NCBI RefSeq assembly: GCF_000008665.1
Contig: NC_000917.1
Coordinates: 570,001 to 602,000 of the forward strand
From: Archaeoglobus fulgidus DSM 4304
GTDB taxonomy: Archaea; Halobacteriota; Archaeoglobi; Archaeoglobales; Archaeoglobaceae
Direction of reading: 5' to 3'
Length of the DNA: 32,000 nt
Shown here: piece after piece, positions 8,331-15,191 of the stretch
Layout: each line of letters starts with the position of its first letter
Position numbering within the stretch: position 1 is the stretch's first letter
Translations under genes and position numbers: made by a program
Notes under the pieces: model-generated
The model's input: only the letters and a program-made list of their open reading frames with translations
Database searches by the model: none
Told to the model about the DNA's origin: nothing

Positions 8331-9299
8331 ATGAACCTTGGATTCAGAGTGACAGGGAAGTTTGTAAGGGAACTTCTGGATGTTTTGGATGAAATTGCAG
8401 AGGAGATAAGACAGGAGGAGAAGGAAAAGTATCCGTACACAGAATGGGAGAGGAAGAGAGAAGTTGTTAAGGAAAGGCTGAGAAAACTCCCTGAATACGT
8501 TAGAGAGGCTATTTCTGTGATAACCGTGCAAAAGAGGGTGGGAAGACCAAAGAAAGTTGATCTGGAGAAGAGAGTTATGCTCTTTCTGTTTGCAAGGCTG
8601 ATGGACAAATCAAACAGAGATATTGAGGAGCTTTTAGAGCTGTTTGAACCTTTATTCGGGATAAAGGTTAGCTACAAAACGATAGAAAGATTATACTCGG
8701 ATGAAGAAGTTAGAATGGCTTTACACAACCTCTTCATCCTTCTGCTTAGAGAGGAAGGAGTTTCAGGAGATTTTTCAGGAGATGGGACAGGATACAGCCT
8801 AACCATCACTAAGCACTATAGAAGCAATCCTAAAAGGAAAGGTAAAGACTTCAGATACGTTTTCAGGATAATTGACATCGATACGGGAATGTACGTTGGC
8901 TTTGGCTATTCTGACAGATCTGAGAAAGATGCCTTTGAGAAGGCTTTAGGAATGCTCAAAAGCATGGGGGTGAAGGTAAACTCGATTTCTCTGGATAAGT
9001 ATTACAGCAGTAGGAAGACTCTGAGGCTGTTTGATGCTGAGACAGCTGTCTACGTCATTCCAAAGCGAAATCTTGCCAGAATAGGATTTGACTGGTTGAG
9101 GGTTATCGAGAGGATTGTTGAAGCTCCTTATAGGTTTCTGAAGAGGTACTTCAAGAGGAACTTAAGTGAGGCAGGATTTTCTGCTGATAAGAGGAGATTT
9201 GGATGGTTGATAAGGCAGAGGAGGGAGGACAGGAGAGAGATGGCTTTGTTTGCTGTTGGGCTGTGGCACAATGTGTTTGCTGTTAGGGTGGTGAGGTAA
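8331..9299 (+). CDS. ISA1214-family (ISNCY-group) transposase
   Basis: 322-aa ORF bounded by the IS inverted repeats, with its stop codon inside the right repeat. It starts at the ATG at 8331, 36 nt from the divergent small gene. I recognise the sequence as the Archaeoglobus ISA1214 putative transposase type. Confidence 0.85.
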   Translation: MNLGFRVTGKFVRELLDVLDEIAEEIRQEEKEKYPYTEWERKREVVKERLRKLPEYVREAISVITVQKRVGRPKKVDLEKRVMLFLFARLMDKSNRDIEELLELFEPLFGIKVSYKTIERLYSDEEVRMALHNLFILLLREEGVSGDFSGDGTGYSLTITKHYRSNPKRKGKDFRYVFRIIDIDTGMYVGFGYSDRSEKDAFEKALGMLKSMGVKVNSISLDKYYSSRKTLRLFDAETAVYVIPKRNLARIGFDWLRVIERIVEAPYRFLKRYFKRNLSEAGFSADKRRFGWLIRQRREDRREMALFAVGLWHNVFAVRVVR

Positions 9300-9314
9300 T
9301 TTTGTCCCAAAGTC
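9298..9314. repeat. IS right terminal inverted repeat
   Basis: AATTTTGTCCCAAAGTC is the reverse-complement partner of 8101-8117. Confidence 0.8.
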
Positions 9315-9323
9315 GGAGGAAGC
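9315..9323. repeat. Target-site duplication, right copy (GGAGGAAGC)
   Basis: Identical to 8092-8100 and immediately outside the right inverted repeat. Confidence 0.8.
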
Positions 9324-9325
9324 GG

Positions 9326-9382
9326 AAATTTTAAATTTTCCCTTTTGAAAATTCGTAGTCCAAAAGGGAAAAATTTTAAAGG
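9326..9382. promoter_or_regulatory. Palindromic divergent promoter/operator region
   Basis: A perfect 12-bp inverted repeat, TTTTCCCTTTTG (9336-9347) and CAAAAGGGAAAA (9361-9372), is separated by a 13-nt spacer. Each arm is flanked outward by a TATA-like box: AAATTTTAAATTTT on the left and AAAAATTTTAAAGG on the right. Confidence 0.45.
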
Positions 9383-9395
9383 ATTATGCTCTTTT

Positions 9396-9866
9396 ATGGT
9401 TATGATATACCGCCTTGCCGAATGCATTGCGAGGGGAGAAGATTTCGGAAGTTGCCTCCAGAAATTGCTCGATGAGAGGGGAATGCATCCCTCCGAATTT
9501 GCAAAGAGGGCGAACATCCCTTTATCCTCTCTCTACAAGATTTTAAAGGGGAGCAAGCCCAGATACGACAACATAACAAGGATTTTTTCGGCACTTTACG
9601 AAAAAAAGGGGTTTGTGGCGTTGATCGCAGCAAGATACGTTTTAGAAGAACTTAAATTCGGGGAAAAAGTCAGGGTTTATCCCGTTTCGACTCTTGAGGA
9701 TGCAATAGTTGCCGTTGTGAGGGCCGAGAAGGATGGTGCGAGGGCGATAGTCTGCGCCCCCATACTCAGTAGCCTCGCAGAAAAAGTTGTTGACGTGCCT
9801 GTGATAACAATTAAGCCCGGAAAAAGCGTAATTGAGGCTGTAGAGGCAGCCATGAAGCTAATATAG
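9396..9866 (+). CDS. Transcriptional regulator, XRE-type HTH with uncharacterised alpha/beta C-terminal domain
   Basis: The HTH segment is GMHPSEFAKRANIPLSSLYKILKG. I prefer the ATG at 9396, or 9402 if the mRNA is leaderless, because the TTG at 9345 in the track lies inside the promoter palindrome. Confidence 0.7.
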   Translation: MVMIYRLAECIARGEDFGSCLQKLLDERGMHPSEFAKRANIPLSSLYKILKGSKPRYDNITRIFSALYEKKGFVALIAARYVLEELKFGEKVRVYPVSTLEDAIVAVVRAEKDGARAIVCAPILSSLAEKVVDVPVITIKPGKSVIEAVEAAMKLI

Positions 9867-10132
9867 CTAAACACCTCTCAGCGTCTCCCTAACGTAAAGC
9901 TTCACGCACCTTCTGTTCTCAATCAGGTGGAGAAGGATTGCCACAACTCCAAAAATCGCCGCGTAGGTGTGCACATCCTGCCAGAACGACTTCTGGAATC
10001 CGAGAATTACCAGCTGCCCTGATTTGGCCCGTGAGGCCAGAGGTAAAGCAGTATTCCGGTAAAGGCTATAATTACTCCTGAAAGCACCATGAAGTAGAAC
10101 AGAACCAGCCGTCTGATTTTTGCGAGCTTCAT
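9867..10132 (-). pseudogene. Frameshifted small membrane protein gene, DUF4405-like
   Basis: My own translation gives two pieces. Frame 1 reads (MRLRRKS)MKLAKIRRLVLFYFMVLSGVIIAFTGILLYLWPHGPNQGSW and stops at 10009-10007. The -1 frame continues as VILGFQKSFWQDVHTYAAIFGVVAILLHLIENRRCVKLYVRETLRGV and stops at 9869-9867. Joined, they form one about 90-aa two-TM protein with a W..H....H.L.N pattern. Neither piece reaches the 60-aa cutoff of the ORF track. Confidence 0.5.
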
Positions 10133-10206
10133 GCTTTTTCTTCTCAGTCGCATTTTTAACTCTTCTTCAGAAAAATTTAAATTAACGCAAAATTAGGCAG
10201 CAAGGT

Positions 10207-10593
10207 ATGAAGCAGCAGGTCGAAGTGAGACAGCTCAGAGAGGGAGGTTATGTGGTTATTGATGATGAGCCTTGCGAAATCCTCAGCATCTCCGTCAGCA
10301 AGCCCGGAAAGCACGGTGCGGCTAAGGCGAGGATCGACGCCATAGGCATCTTTGATTCGCAGAAGAGGAGCATCGTGCAGCCGGTAACGGCAAAAATCTA
10401 CGTGCCCATTGTGGAGAGAAAGAGGGCGCAGATAATCAGCGTTACGGGAAACGTTGCACAGCTCATGGACCTCGAAACCTATGAAACCTTTGAACTTGAG
10501 GTTCCCGAAGAACTCAAGGACAAAATGGAGCAGGGAAGAGAAGTCATTTACCTTGAATCTCTCGGAAAGAGAAAAATTGAAAGAATGGCTTAA
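10207..10593 (+). CDS. eif5a: Translation initiation factor 5A (aIF-5A)
   Basis: 128-aa ORF with the hypusine-site motif SKPGKHGAAKAR and a C-terminal OB-like half typical of aIF-5A. Confidence 0.95.
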   Translation: MKQQVEVRQLREGGYVVIDDEPCEILSISVSKPGKHGAAKARIDAIGIFDSQKRSIVQPVTAKIYVPIVERKRAQIISVTGNVAQLMDLETYETFELEVPEELKDKMEQGREVIYLESLGKRKIERMA

Positions 10594-11420
10594 TGCACAT
10601 CGATTCCTACTTTTCCCTTTCAAACTGCGATGCCGAGGAGGCTGAATACCTAATCTACGGTATCCCCTACGACGCAACTCAGTCGTTCAAGCCTGGCTCT
10701 CGCTTCGCTCCCAACGCGATAAGAGAGGCAAGCTGGAATCTGGAGTCCTATTCGAACCTTTTTGACGTGGAGCTTTCGCTGGTCAAAGTGGGCGATGCGG
10801 GCAACATAAACTGCGATGGCGGTTTTGAGCAGATTGTTGAGAGAACGAAGGAATTTCTTGGTGAAGTTGAGGGTTTTCCCGTAGCCATTGGTGGAGAGCA
10901 CTCAATCAGCTTTGCAGCAACGAGCAAGTTCAGAAAAGCGTGCTTCGTCGTTTTCGATGCGCACTTTGATTTGAGAGACGAGTTCGATGGGGACAGGTTC
11001 AACCACGCCTGCACAACGCGGAGAATCTTTGAGAGCGGGATGCGGGTGGCAATTTTCGGCGTCAGGAGCGGTATTAAAGAGGAGAAGAGGTTTGCGGAGG
11101 AAAACGGAATAAAATACCTCCACGCGTGGGACTTTGAGGTCGAGAAGGCGGTTAAAATGGTGGAGGACTTTGACAAAATCTACGTTTCCCTTGACGTGGA
11201 CGCTTTCGACCCCGCCTTCGCTCCCGGCGTTTCAACGCCTGAGCCTTTTGGTTTGAAGCCTATAGATTTTATTAGGTTTTTTGCAGGCATAGCAGACAGA
11301 GTTGTTGGTTTTGATGTTGTAGAGGTTGTTCCCGACTCGAACAAGGTTACTCAGACTCTCGCTGCGAAAATCATACTTGAGGCCATTGCGGCAAAGGTCA
11401 GGTGTGATATTCCGAAATAA
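10593..11420 (+). CDS. speB: Agmatinase / ureohydrolase family
   Basis: 275-aa ORF with arginase-fold metal-binding motifs (GGEHS, DAHFDLRD, SLDVDAFDPAFAPG). Its ATG overlaps the aIF5A TAA (TAATG at 10591-10595). Confidence 0.88.
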   Translation: MHIDSYFSLSNCDAEEAEYLIYGIPYDATQSFKPGSRFAPNAIREASWNLESYSNLFDVELSLVKVGDAGNINCDGGFEQIVERTKEFLGEVEGFPVAIGGEHSISFAATSKFRKACFVVFDAHFDLRDEFDGDRFNHACTTRRIFESGMRVAIFGVRSGIKEEKRFAEENGIKYLHAWDFEVEKAVKMVEDFDKIYVSLDVDAFDPAFAPGVSTPEPFGLKPIDFIRFFAGIADRVVGFDVVEVVPDSNKVTQTLAAKIILEAIAAKVRCDIPK

Positions 11421-11515
11421 AAGCTTTCAGCATCGAAATTCAGGCTCATGTGAGGCTTAAAGCAATTATACCGTAAAAACTTTTGCACATTTTGACAATC
11501 TTCGACTCAACCAAG

Positions 11516-11552
11516 AGCGGAAGGATTTTATAAACTACCACAACCTTCCGCT
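11516..11552 (+). promoter_or_regulatory. icd promoter: TATA-like box bracketed by a 9-bp perfect inverted repeat
   Basis: AGCGGAAGG (11516-11524) and CCTTCCGCT (11544-11552) flank ATTTTATAAAC. The repeat ends on the base before the icd ATG at 11553. Confidence 0.4.
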
Positions 11553-12791
11553 ATGCAGTACGAGAAGGTCAAACCTCCAGAGAACGGAGAAAAGATAAGA
11601 TATGAAAACGGCAAACTCATCGTTCCAGATAACCCCATCATCCCGTATTTCGAGGGAGATGGCATAGGCAAGGATGTGGTTCCAGCTGCAATCAGAGTTC
11701 TCGATGCCGCTGCTGATAAGATTGGCAAGGAAGTCGTCTGGTTTCAGGTTTATGCTGGGGAGGATGCCTACAAGCTCTACGGCAACTATCTGCCTGATGA
11801 CACTCTGAACGCCATAAAGGAGTTCAGAGTTGCCTTAAAAGGCCCTCTCACAACCCCCGTTGGAGGTGGCTACAGGAGTCTAAATGTCACAATCAGACAG
11901 GTTCTCGACCTCTATGCCAATGTTAGGCCAGTCTACTACCTGAAAGGAGTTCCAAGCCCGATAAAGCATCCTGAAAAGGTCAACTTCGTTATTTTCAGGG
12001 AGAACACCGAAGACGTTTACGCTGGCATTGAGTGGCCGAGGGGTAGCGAGGAAGCCCTTAAGTTAATAAGATTCCTCAAGAACGAGTTTGGTGTCACCAT
12101 AAGGGAGGACTCTGGAATCGGAATAAAGCCGATCAGCGAGTTTGCCACCAAGAGGCTTGTCAGGATGGCCATCAGATATGCAATAGAGAACAACAGGAAA
12201 AGCGTGACTCTCGTCCACAAGGGCAACATAATGAAGTACACGGAGGGAGCCTTCAGGGATTGGGGCTACGAGGTGGCAAAGCAGGAGTTTGGCGAGTATT
12301 GCATAACAGAGGACGAGCTCTGGGACAAGTACGGCGGGAAGCAGCCTGAGGGCAAGATCGTGGTGAAGGACAGGATTGCGGACAACATGTTCCAGCAGAT
12401 TCTGACGAGGACAGATGAGTATGACGTCATTGCCCTGCCAAACCTCAATGGTGATTACCTCAGCGATGCTGCTGCTGCCCTGATTGGGGGACTTGGAATA
12501 GCTCCGGGCAGCAACATAGGTGATGGCATTGGCGTCTTCGAGCCTGTGCACGGCTCTGCACCGAAGTACGCTGGCCAGAACAAGGTCAACCCCACAGCCG
12601 AAATTCTCACAGGAGCGCTGATGTTCGAGTACATCGGCTGGAAGGATGCGAGCGAGATGATAAAGAAAGCTGTGGAGATGACGATAAGCAGCGGAATTGT
12701 TACCTACGACATCCACCGCCACATGGGCGGGACGAAGGTAGGAACGAGGGAGTTTGCAGAGGCTGTGGTTGAAAACCTGCAGTCGCTATGA
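11553..12791 (+). CDS. icd: Isocitrate dehydrogenase (NADP-type)
   Basis: 412-aa ORF with prokaryotic IDH hallmarks: [39 protein letters not shown] and [12 protein letters not shown]. Confidence 0.95.
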   Translation: MQYEKVKPPENGEKIRYENGKLIVPDNPIIPYFEGDGIGKDVVPAAIRVLDAAADKIGKEVVWFQVYAGEDAYKLYGNYLPDDTLNAIKEFRVALKGPLTTPVGGGYRSLNVTIRQVLDLYANVRPVYYLKGVPSPIKHPEKVNFVIFRENTEDVYAGIEWPRGSEEALKLIRFLKNEFGVTIREDSGIGIKPISEFATKRLVRMAIRYAIENNRKSVTLVHKGNIMKYTEGAFRDWGYEVAKQEFGEYCITEDELWDKYGGKQPEGKIVVKDRIADNMFQQILTRTDEYDVIALPNLNGDYLSDAAAALIGGLGIAPGSNIGDGIGVFEPVHGSAPKYAGQNKVNPTAEILTGALMFEYIGWKDASEMIKKAVEMTISSGIVTYDIHRHMGGTKVGTREFAEAVVENLQSL

Positions 12792-13726
12792 TTCAGATTT
12801 ACGGCGCGGGAATAGCAGGCACCTACCTCTACCACCTTTTATCCTCTGAGGGATTTGAGGTTGCCATCTACGACAAAAGAAGTGAGCCTGACTGTAGATG
12901 TGCTTGGGGAATAGTTTACAGCGAAGCCAAGAGCTTTTACTCCGACATCGGCATCAACTTCGACGATTACGTGATTCTCAAACCAGAATACGTCGTCGCC
13001 AACGGAATCTGGCTGAAGAACAGGGACATAGTGATGTTCGATAAAAAATCTCTCCTTGCTGACCTCTGGGTTGAGATGAGAAAAGCCGAGAATCCTGAAA
13101 TCATTGTCGATGCCACTGGCTCCTCCAGAGCCTTTTTGCCCAAGATTGCTAACGATAGAGTTCTGCCGACTGTTCAAACCACCGAAAAGCACGATGTTGA
13201 GCCAAACCTCTACATCCAGATGGAAAGAACAGGCTACGCGTGGGCCTTTCCCCTTGGCGACGGATGGTGGCACATTGGGGCTGGGAATGTTGAAAAGGGG
13301 GAAATTGAAAGGCTGCTGAATGAGCTTAGAGCTAAATACGGCTTTAATCCCACAGATTCAACATGCAGGTGTACGGGCAAAGTAAGAATGCTCCCGCCCT
13401 CGCGCTGCAGACCCTTCATCAGCGGTAACGTTGTGGGAGTTGGTGAGGCAATAGGCTGTGTTAGCGGTGCGGGAGAGGGGAACGCCCCTGCCCTCGCATC
13501 CGCAAAAATTCTTGCCGAATGCATGATAAATTCTGAGCTGGAAAAATACGAGGAGAGGATTCTGAAGGAGCTTGAGTGGATTGAGAACGAGCAGAGGTTT
13601 GTGGATGCCATGCTCAACAACAACCGCCTAACCGCCCTAAAACTTCTGCCCAAAATCATAGCAGTTGAGAGCAGGAGAACAGTTAAGCACTCCCTCAGTG
13701 AAATCAGGAAGCTCATAGGGCTATGA
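12788..13726 (+). CDS. FAD/NAD(P)-binding oxidoreductase, distant geranylgeranyl-reductase-like
   Basis: 312-aa ORF with an N-terminal dinucleotide fold ([15 protein letters not shown]...AIYDK) and two CRC motifs (CRCAWG and CRCTGK). Its start overlaps the icd stop (ATGA). Confidence 0.7.
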   Translation: MIQIYGAGIAGTYLYHLLSSEGFEVAIYDKRSEPDCRCAWGIVYSEAKSFYSDIGINFDDYVILKPEYVVANGIWLKNRDIVMFDKKSLLADLWVEMRKAENPEIIVDATGSSRAFLPKIANDRVLPTVQTTEKHDVEPNLYIQMERTGYAWAFPLGDGWWHIGAGNVEKGEIERLLNELRAKYGFNPTDSTCRCTGKVRMLPPSRCRPFISGNVVGVGEAIGCVSGAGEGNAPALASAKILAECMINSELEKYEERILKELEWIENEQRFVDAMLNNNRLTALKLLPKIIAVESRRTVKHSLSEIRKLIGL

Positions 13727-14424
13727 GAAGGTTCAAGTTCCAATACAAGGAGACCATTGTAACAATTCTAACCGAGAACGAGGAATTCTACAAAACGGCT
13801 GTGAAGGCCATCCTTGAGGCGAGGAGCGAAATTGAGGACTACATTTTGCACAATCCTGACTTCTTCACCAGCTACGAGCCGATTGAGTGCTCAGGAGGAG
13901 AAATCATAAACAGAATGTGCAACGCTGCAAAAATTGCAGGAGTGGGGCCGATGGCAGCAGTCGCAGGAACTATCGCTGCATACGCAGTTGAAAAAATGAT
14001 TGATGCTGGAGCAAAGCTTGCTGTCGTAGATAACGGAGGAGATATAGTTATCCACTCCGACAGAGAGCTGCTGGTTGGAATTTATCCCTCAAAACTCGCC
14101 TTCAAAGTTCCTCCAGTCGATTATCTTGCCATCTGCACTTCCAGCGGTAAAATTGGCCACTCTGTGAGCTTTGGCAAAGCGGATGCAGCCACTGTTGTTG
14201 CGAGAGACGCAAGTGTTGCCGACGCCCTCGCCACTGCTCTTGGGAATTTGATAGGGGATTTTGGAAAAAAGGAGCTTGAAAAGACCGTTTCAGAGTTTTA
14301 CGGCAAGTATTCTGACTTTGTTGAAGGAATTCTTGTCGTGAAAGATGAGCTGGTAGCTTTAGCCGGCAATCTCCCATCCCTCGCTTTTGCCGAATCCAAG
14401 GAGGATTTGATAACCAAAGGTTGA
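13723..14424 (+). CDS. UPF0280 / ApbE-like family protein
   Basis: 233-aa ORF containing GVGPMAAVAGTIA, VVDNGGDI and the block CTSSGKIGHSVSFGKADAATVVA...ADALATAL, as in the archaeal UPF0280 (ApbE-superfamily) proteins I recall. Its start overlaps the upstream stop (ATGA). Confidence 0.72.
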   Translation: MRRFKFQYKETIVTILTENEEFYKTAVKAILEARSEIEDYILHNPDFFTSYEPIECSGGEIINRMCNAAKIAGVGPMAAVAGTIAAYAVEKMIDAGAKLAVVDNGGDIVIHSDRELLVGIYPSKLAFKVPPVDYLAICTSSGKIGHSVSFGKADAATVVARDASVADALATALGNLIGDFGKKELEKTVSEFYGKYSDFVEGILVVKDELVALAGNLPSLAFAESKEDLITKG

Positions 14425-14559
14425 ATTACAACTATTGATAATTGCTTATATTTTTACGATTACAATCATTATGAGTAACAGTTAAATAGCATGAGGACAA
14501 GACATTATCATGAAGTTGATGATTACCATAATAATGAGAACTGATAGGAGGTGAGGAAA

Positions 14560-14913
14560 ATGGTAAGCGAGGCAGAGTTCATGGCGGCACTTGCAAAGTT
14601 TGCTGAGACCTCAGCAACAGCCAGTGCTGCTGCAGATAGAGTTATAGCGGTGGCGAACGTTGATGCCAGCAGGATTGCGGATGAGTTCAACGCCCTTCTC
14701 GGATGGGCAATGAAGATTGCAACGCTTCTGCTTGAGGAAATTTCCAAGAATCCCTCGCTAAAGGCTGAAATGGCCGAATCTCATCAAATGCTCTTCGGCA
14801 ATCTCGGTACAATAGTTCCAGCGCTGCTAAAATTCGGCCCCTACATTAACCAGATTCTGGGAAACTTCGGCCTTTCGCTTGGCAAGCTGTTCGGAATAGT
14901 TTTGGCCTTCTGA
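14560..14913 (+). CDS. Hypothetical small Ala-rich helical protein with hydrophobic C-terminus
   Basis: 117 aa from the ATG at 14560, which is preceded by GGAGGTGAGG (14547-14556). The GTG at 14551 in the track lies inside this SD-like sequence. I recognise no family. Confidence 0.55.
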   Translation: MVSEAEFMAALAKFAETSATASAAADRVIAVANVDASRIADEFNALLGWAMKIATLLLEEISKNPSLKAEMAESHQMLFGNLGTIVPALLKFGPYINQILGNFGLSLGKLFGIVLAF

Positions 14914-14960
14914 CTATCTTTTAGGGGAAAAGTATTAAAGCCTCTTTTGAACTTTAATTC

Positions 14961-15191
14961 ATGGTAATCGGAGTAACTATGGTCAACGTTGCTCCTGGAA
15001 AGGAGAAGGATGTCTATCTCGCGGTTAAGGGCAAAAAAGGCGTTCGCGAGGTTTACCATGTTTTTGGCGAGTTCGATTTTGTTGTAATAATCGAAACCAG
15101 CAGCTTGTCTGAGCTGAACAAGCTCGTTGACGAGATAAGAGGTATTGAAGGGGTAACGAAAACACAGACGGTGATAGGAGCCGAGATATGA
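14961..15191 (+). CDS. Stand-alone Lrp/AsnC ligand-binding (RAM) domain protein
   Basis: 76-aa ORF: MVNVAPGKEKDVYLAVKGKKGVREVYHVFGEFDFVVIIETSSLSELNKLVDEIRGIEGVTKTQT. This is a typical RAM fold pattern without an HTH. Its stop overlaps the top6B start (ATGA at 15188-15191). Confidence 0.8.
   Translation: MVIGVTMVNVAPGKEKDVYLAVKGKKGVREVYHVFGEFDFVVIIETSSLSELNKLVDEIRGIEGVTKTQTVIGAEI

Larger units (their letters stand above)
8101..9314 (+). mobile_element. Complete ISA1214-type insertion sequence (1214 bp)
   Basis: It has 17-bp terminal inverted repeats matching at 15 of 17 positions: GGTTTTGGGACAAAATT at 8101-8117 and the reverse complement of 9298-9314, GACTTTGGGACAAAATT. It is flanked by 9-bp direct repeats. 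It carries a 322-aa transposase and a divergent small DUF2080-like gene. Its AT content is higher than that of the flanks. Confidence 0.85.

Noticed and set aside
8295-8531. Upstream part of the 136-aa minus-strand ORF, and the 94-aa ORF at 8324-8608
   Set aside because: Both cross the divergent IS promoter and run antisense to the transposase 5' end. Only the C-terminal 57 aa resemble a known small IS-associated protein.
9345-9395. TTG-initiated extension of the HTH regulator ORF
   Set aside because: The start would lie inside the palindromic promoter/operator. Downstream ATGs at 9396 and 9402 fit the TATA spacing.
10177-10677. 166-aa minus-strand ORF
   Set aside because: It is antisense to aIF5A and the agmatinase 5' end, both of which have strong motifs. 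It is a shadow ORF.
12063-12722. 219-aa minus-strand ORF
   Set aside because: It is antisense to icd. It has no motifs and is typical of the long antisense frames seen in this codon-biased genome.
13234-13743. 169-aa minus-strand ORF
   Set aside because: It is antisense to the flavoprotein gene, and its composition is low-complexity Ser/Leu-rich.
14516-14544. C-box-like TGATGA and D-box-like CTGA, suggesting a C/D box sRNA
   Set aside because: The boxes are only 18 nt apart. There is no C'/D' pair and no terminal stem, so this is too short for an archaeal C/D sRNA. The reverse strand has no better candidate.
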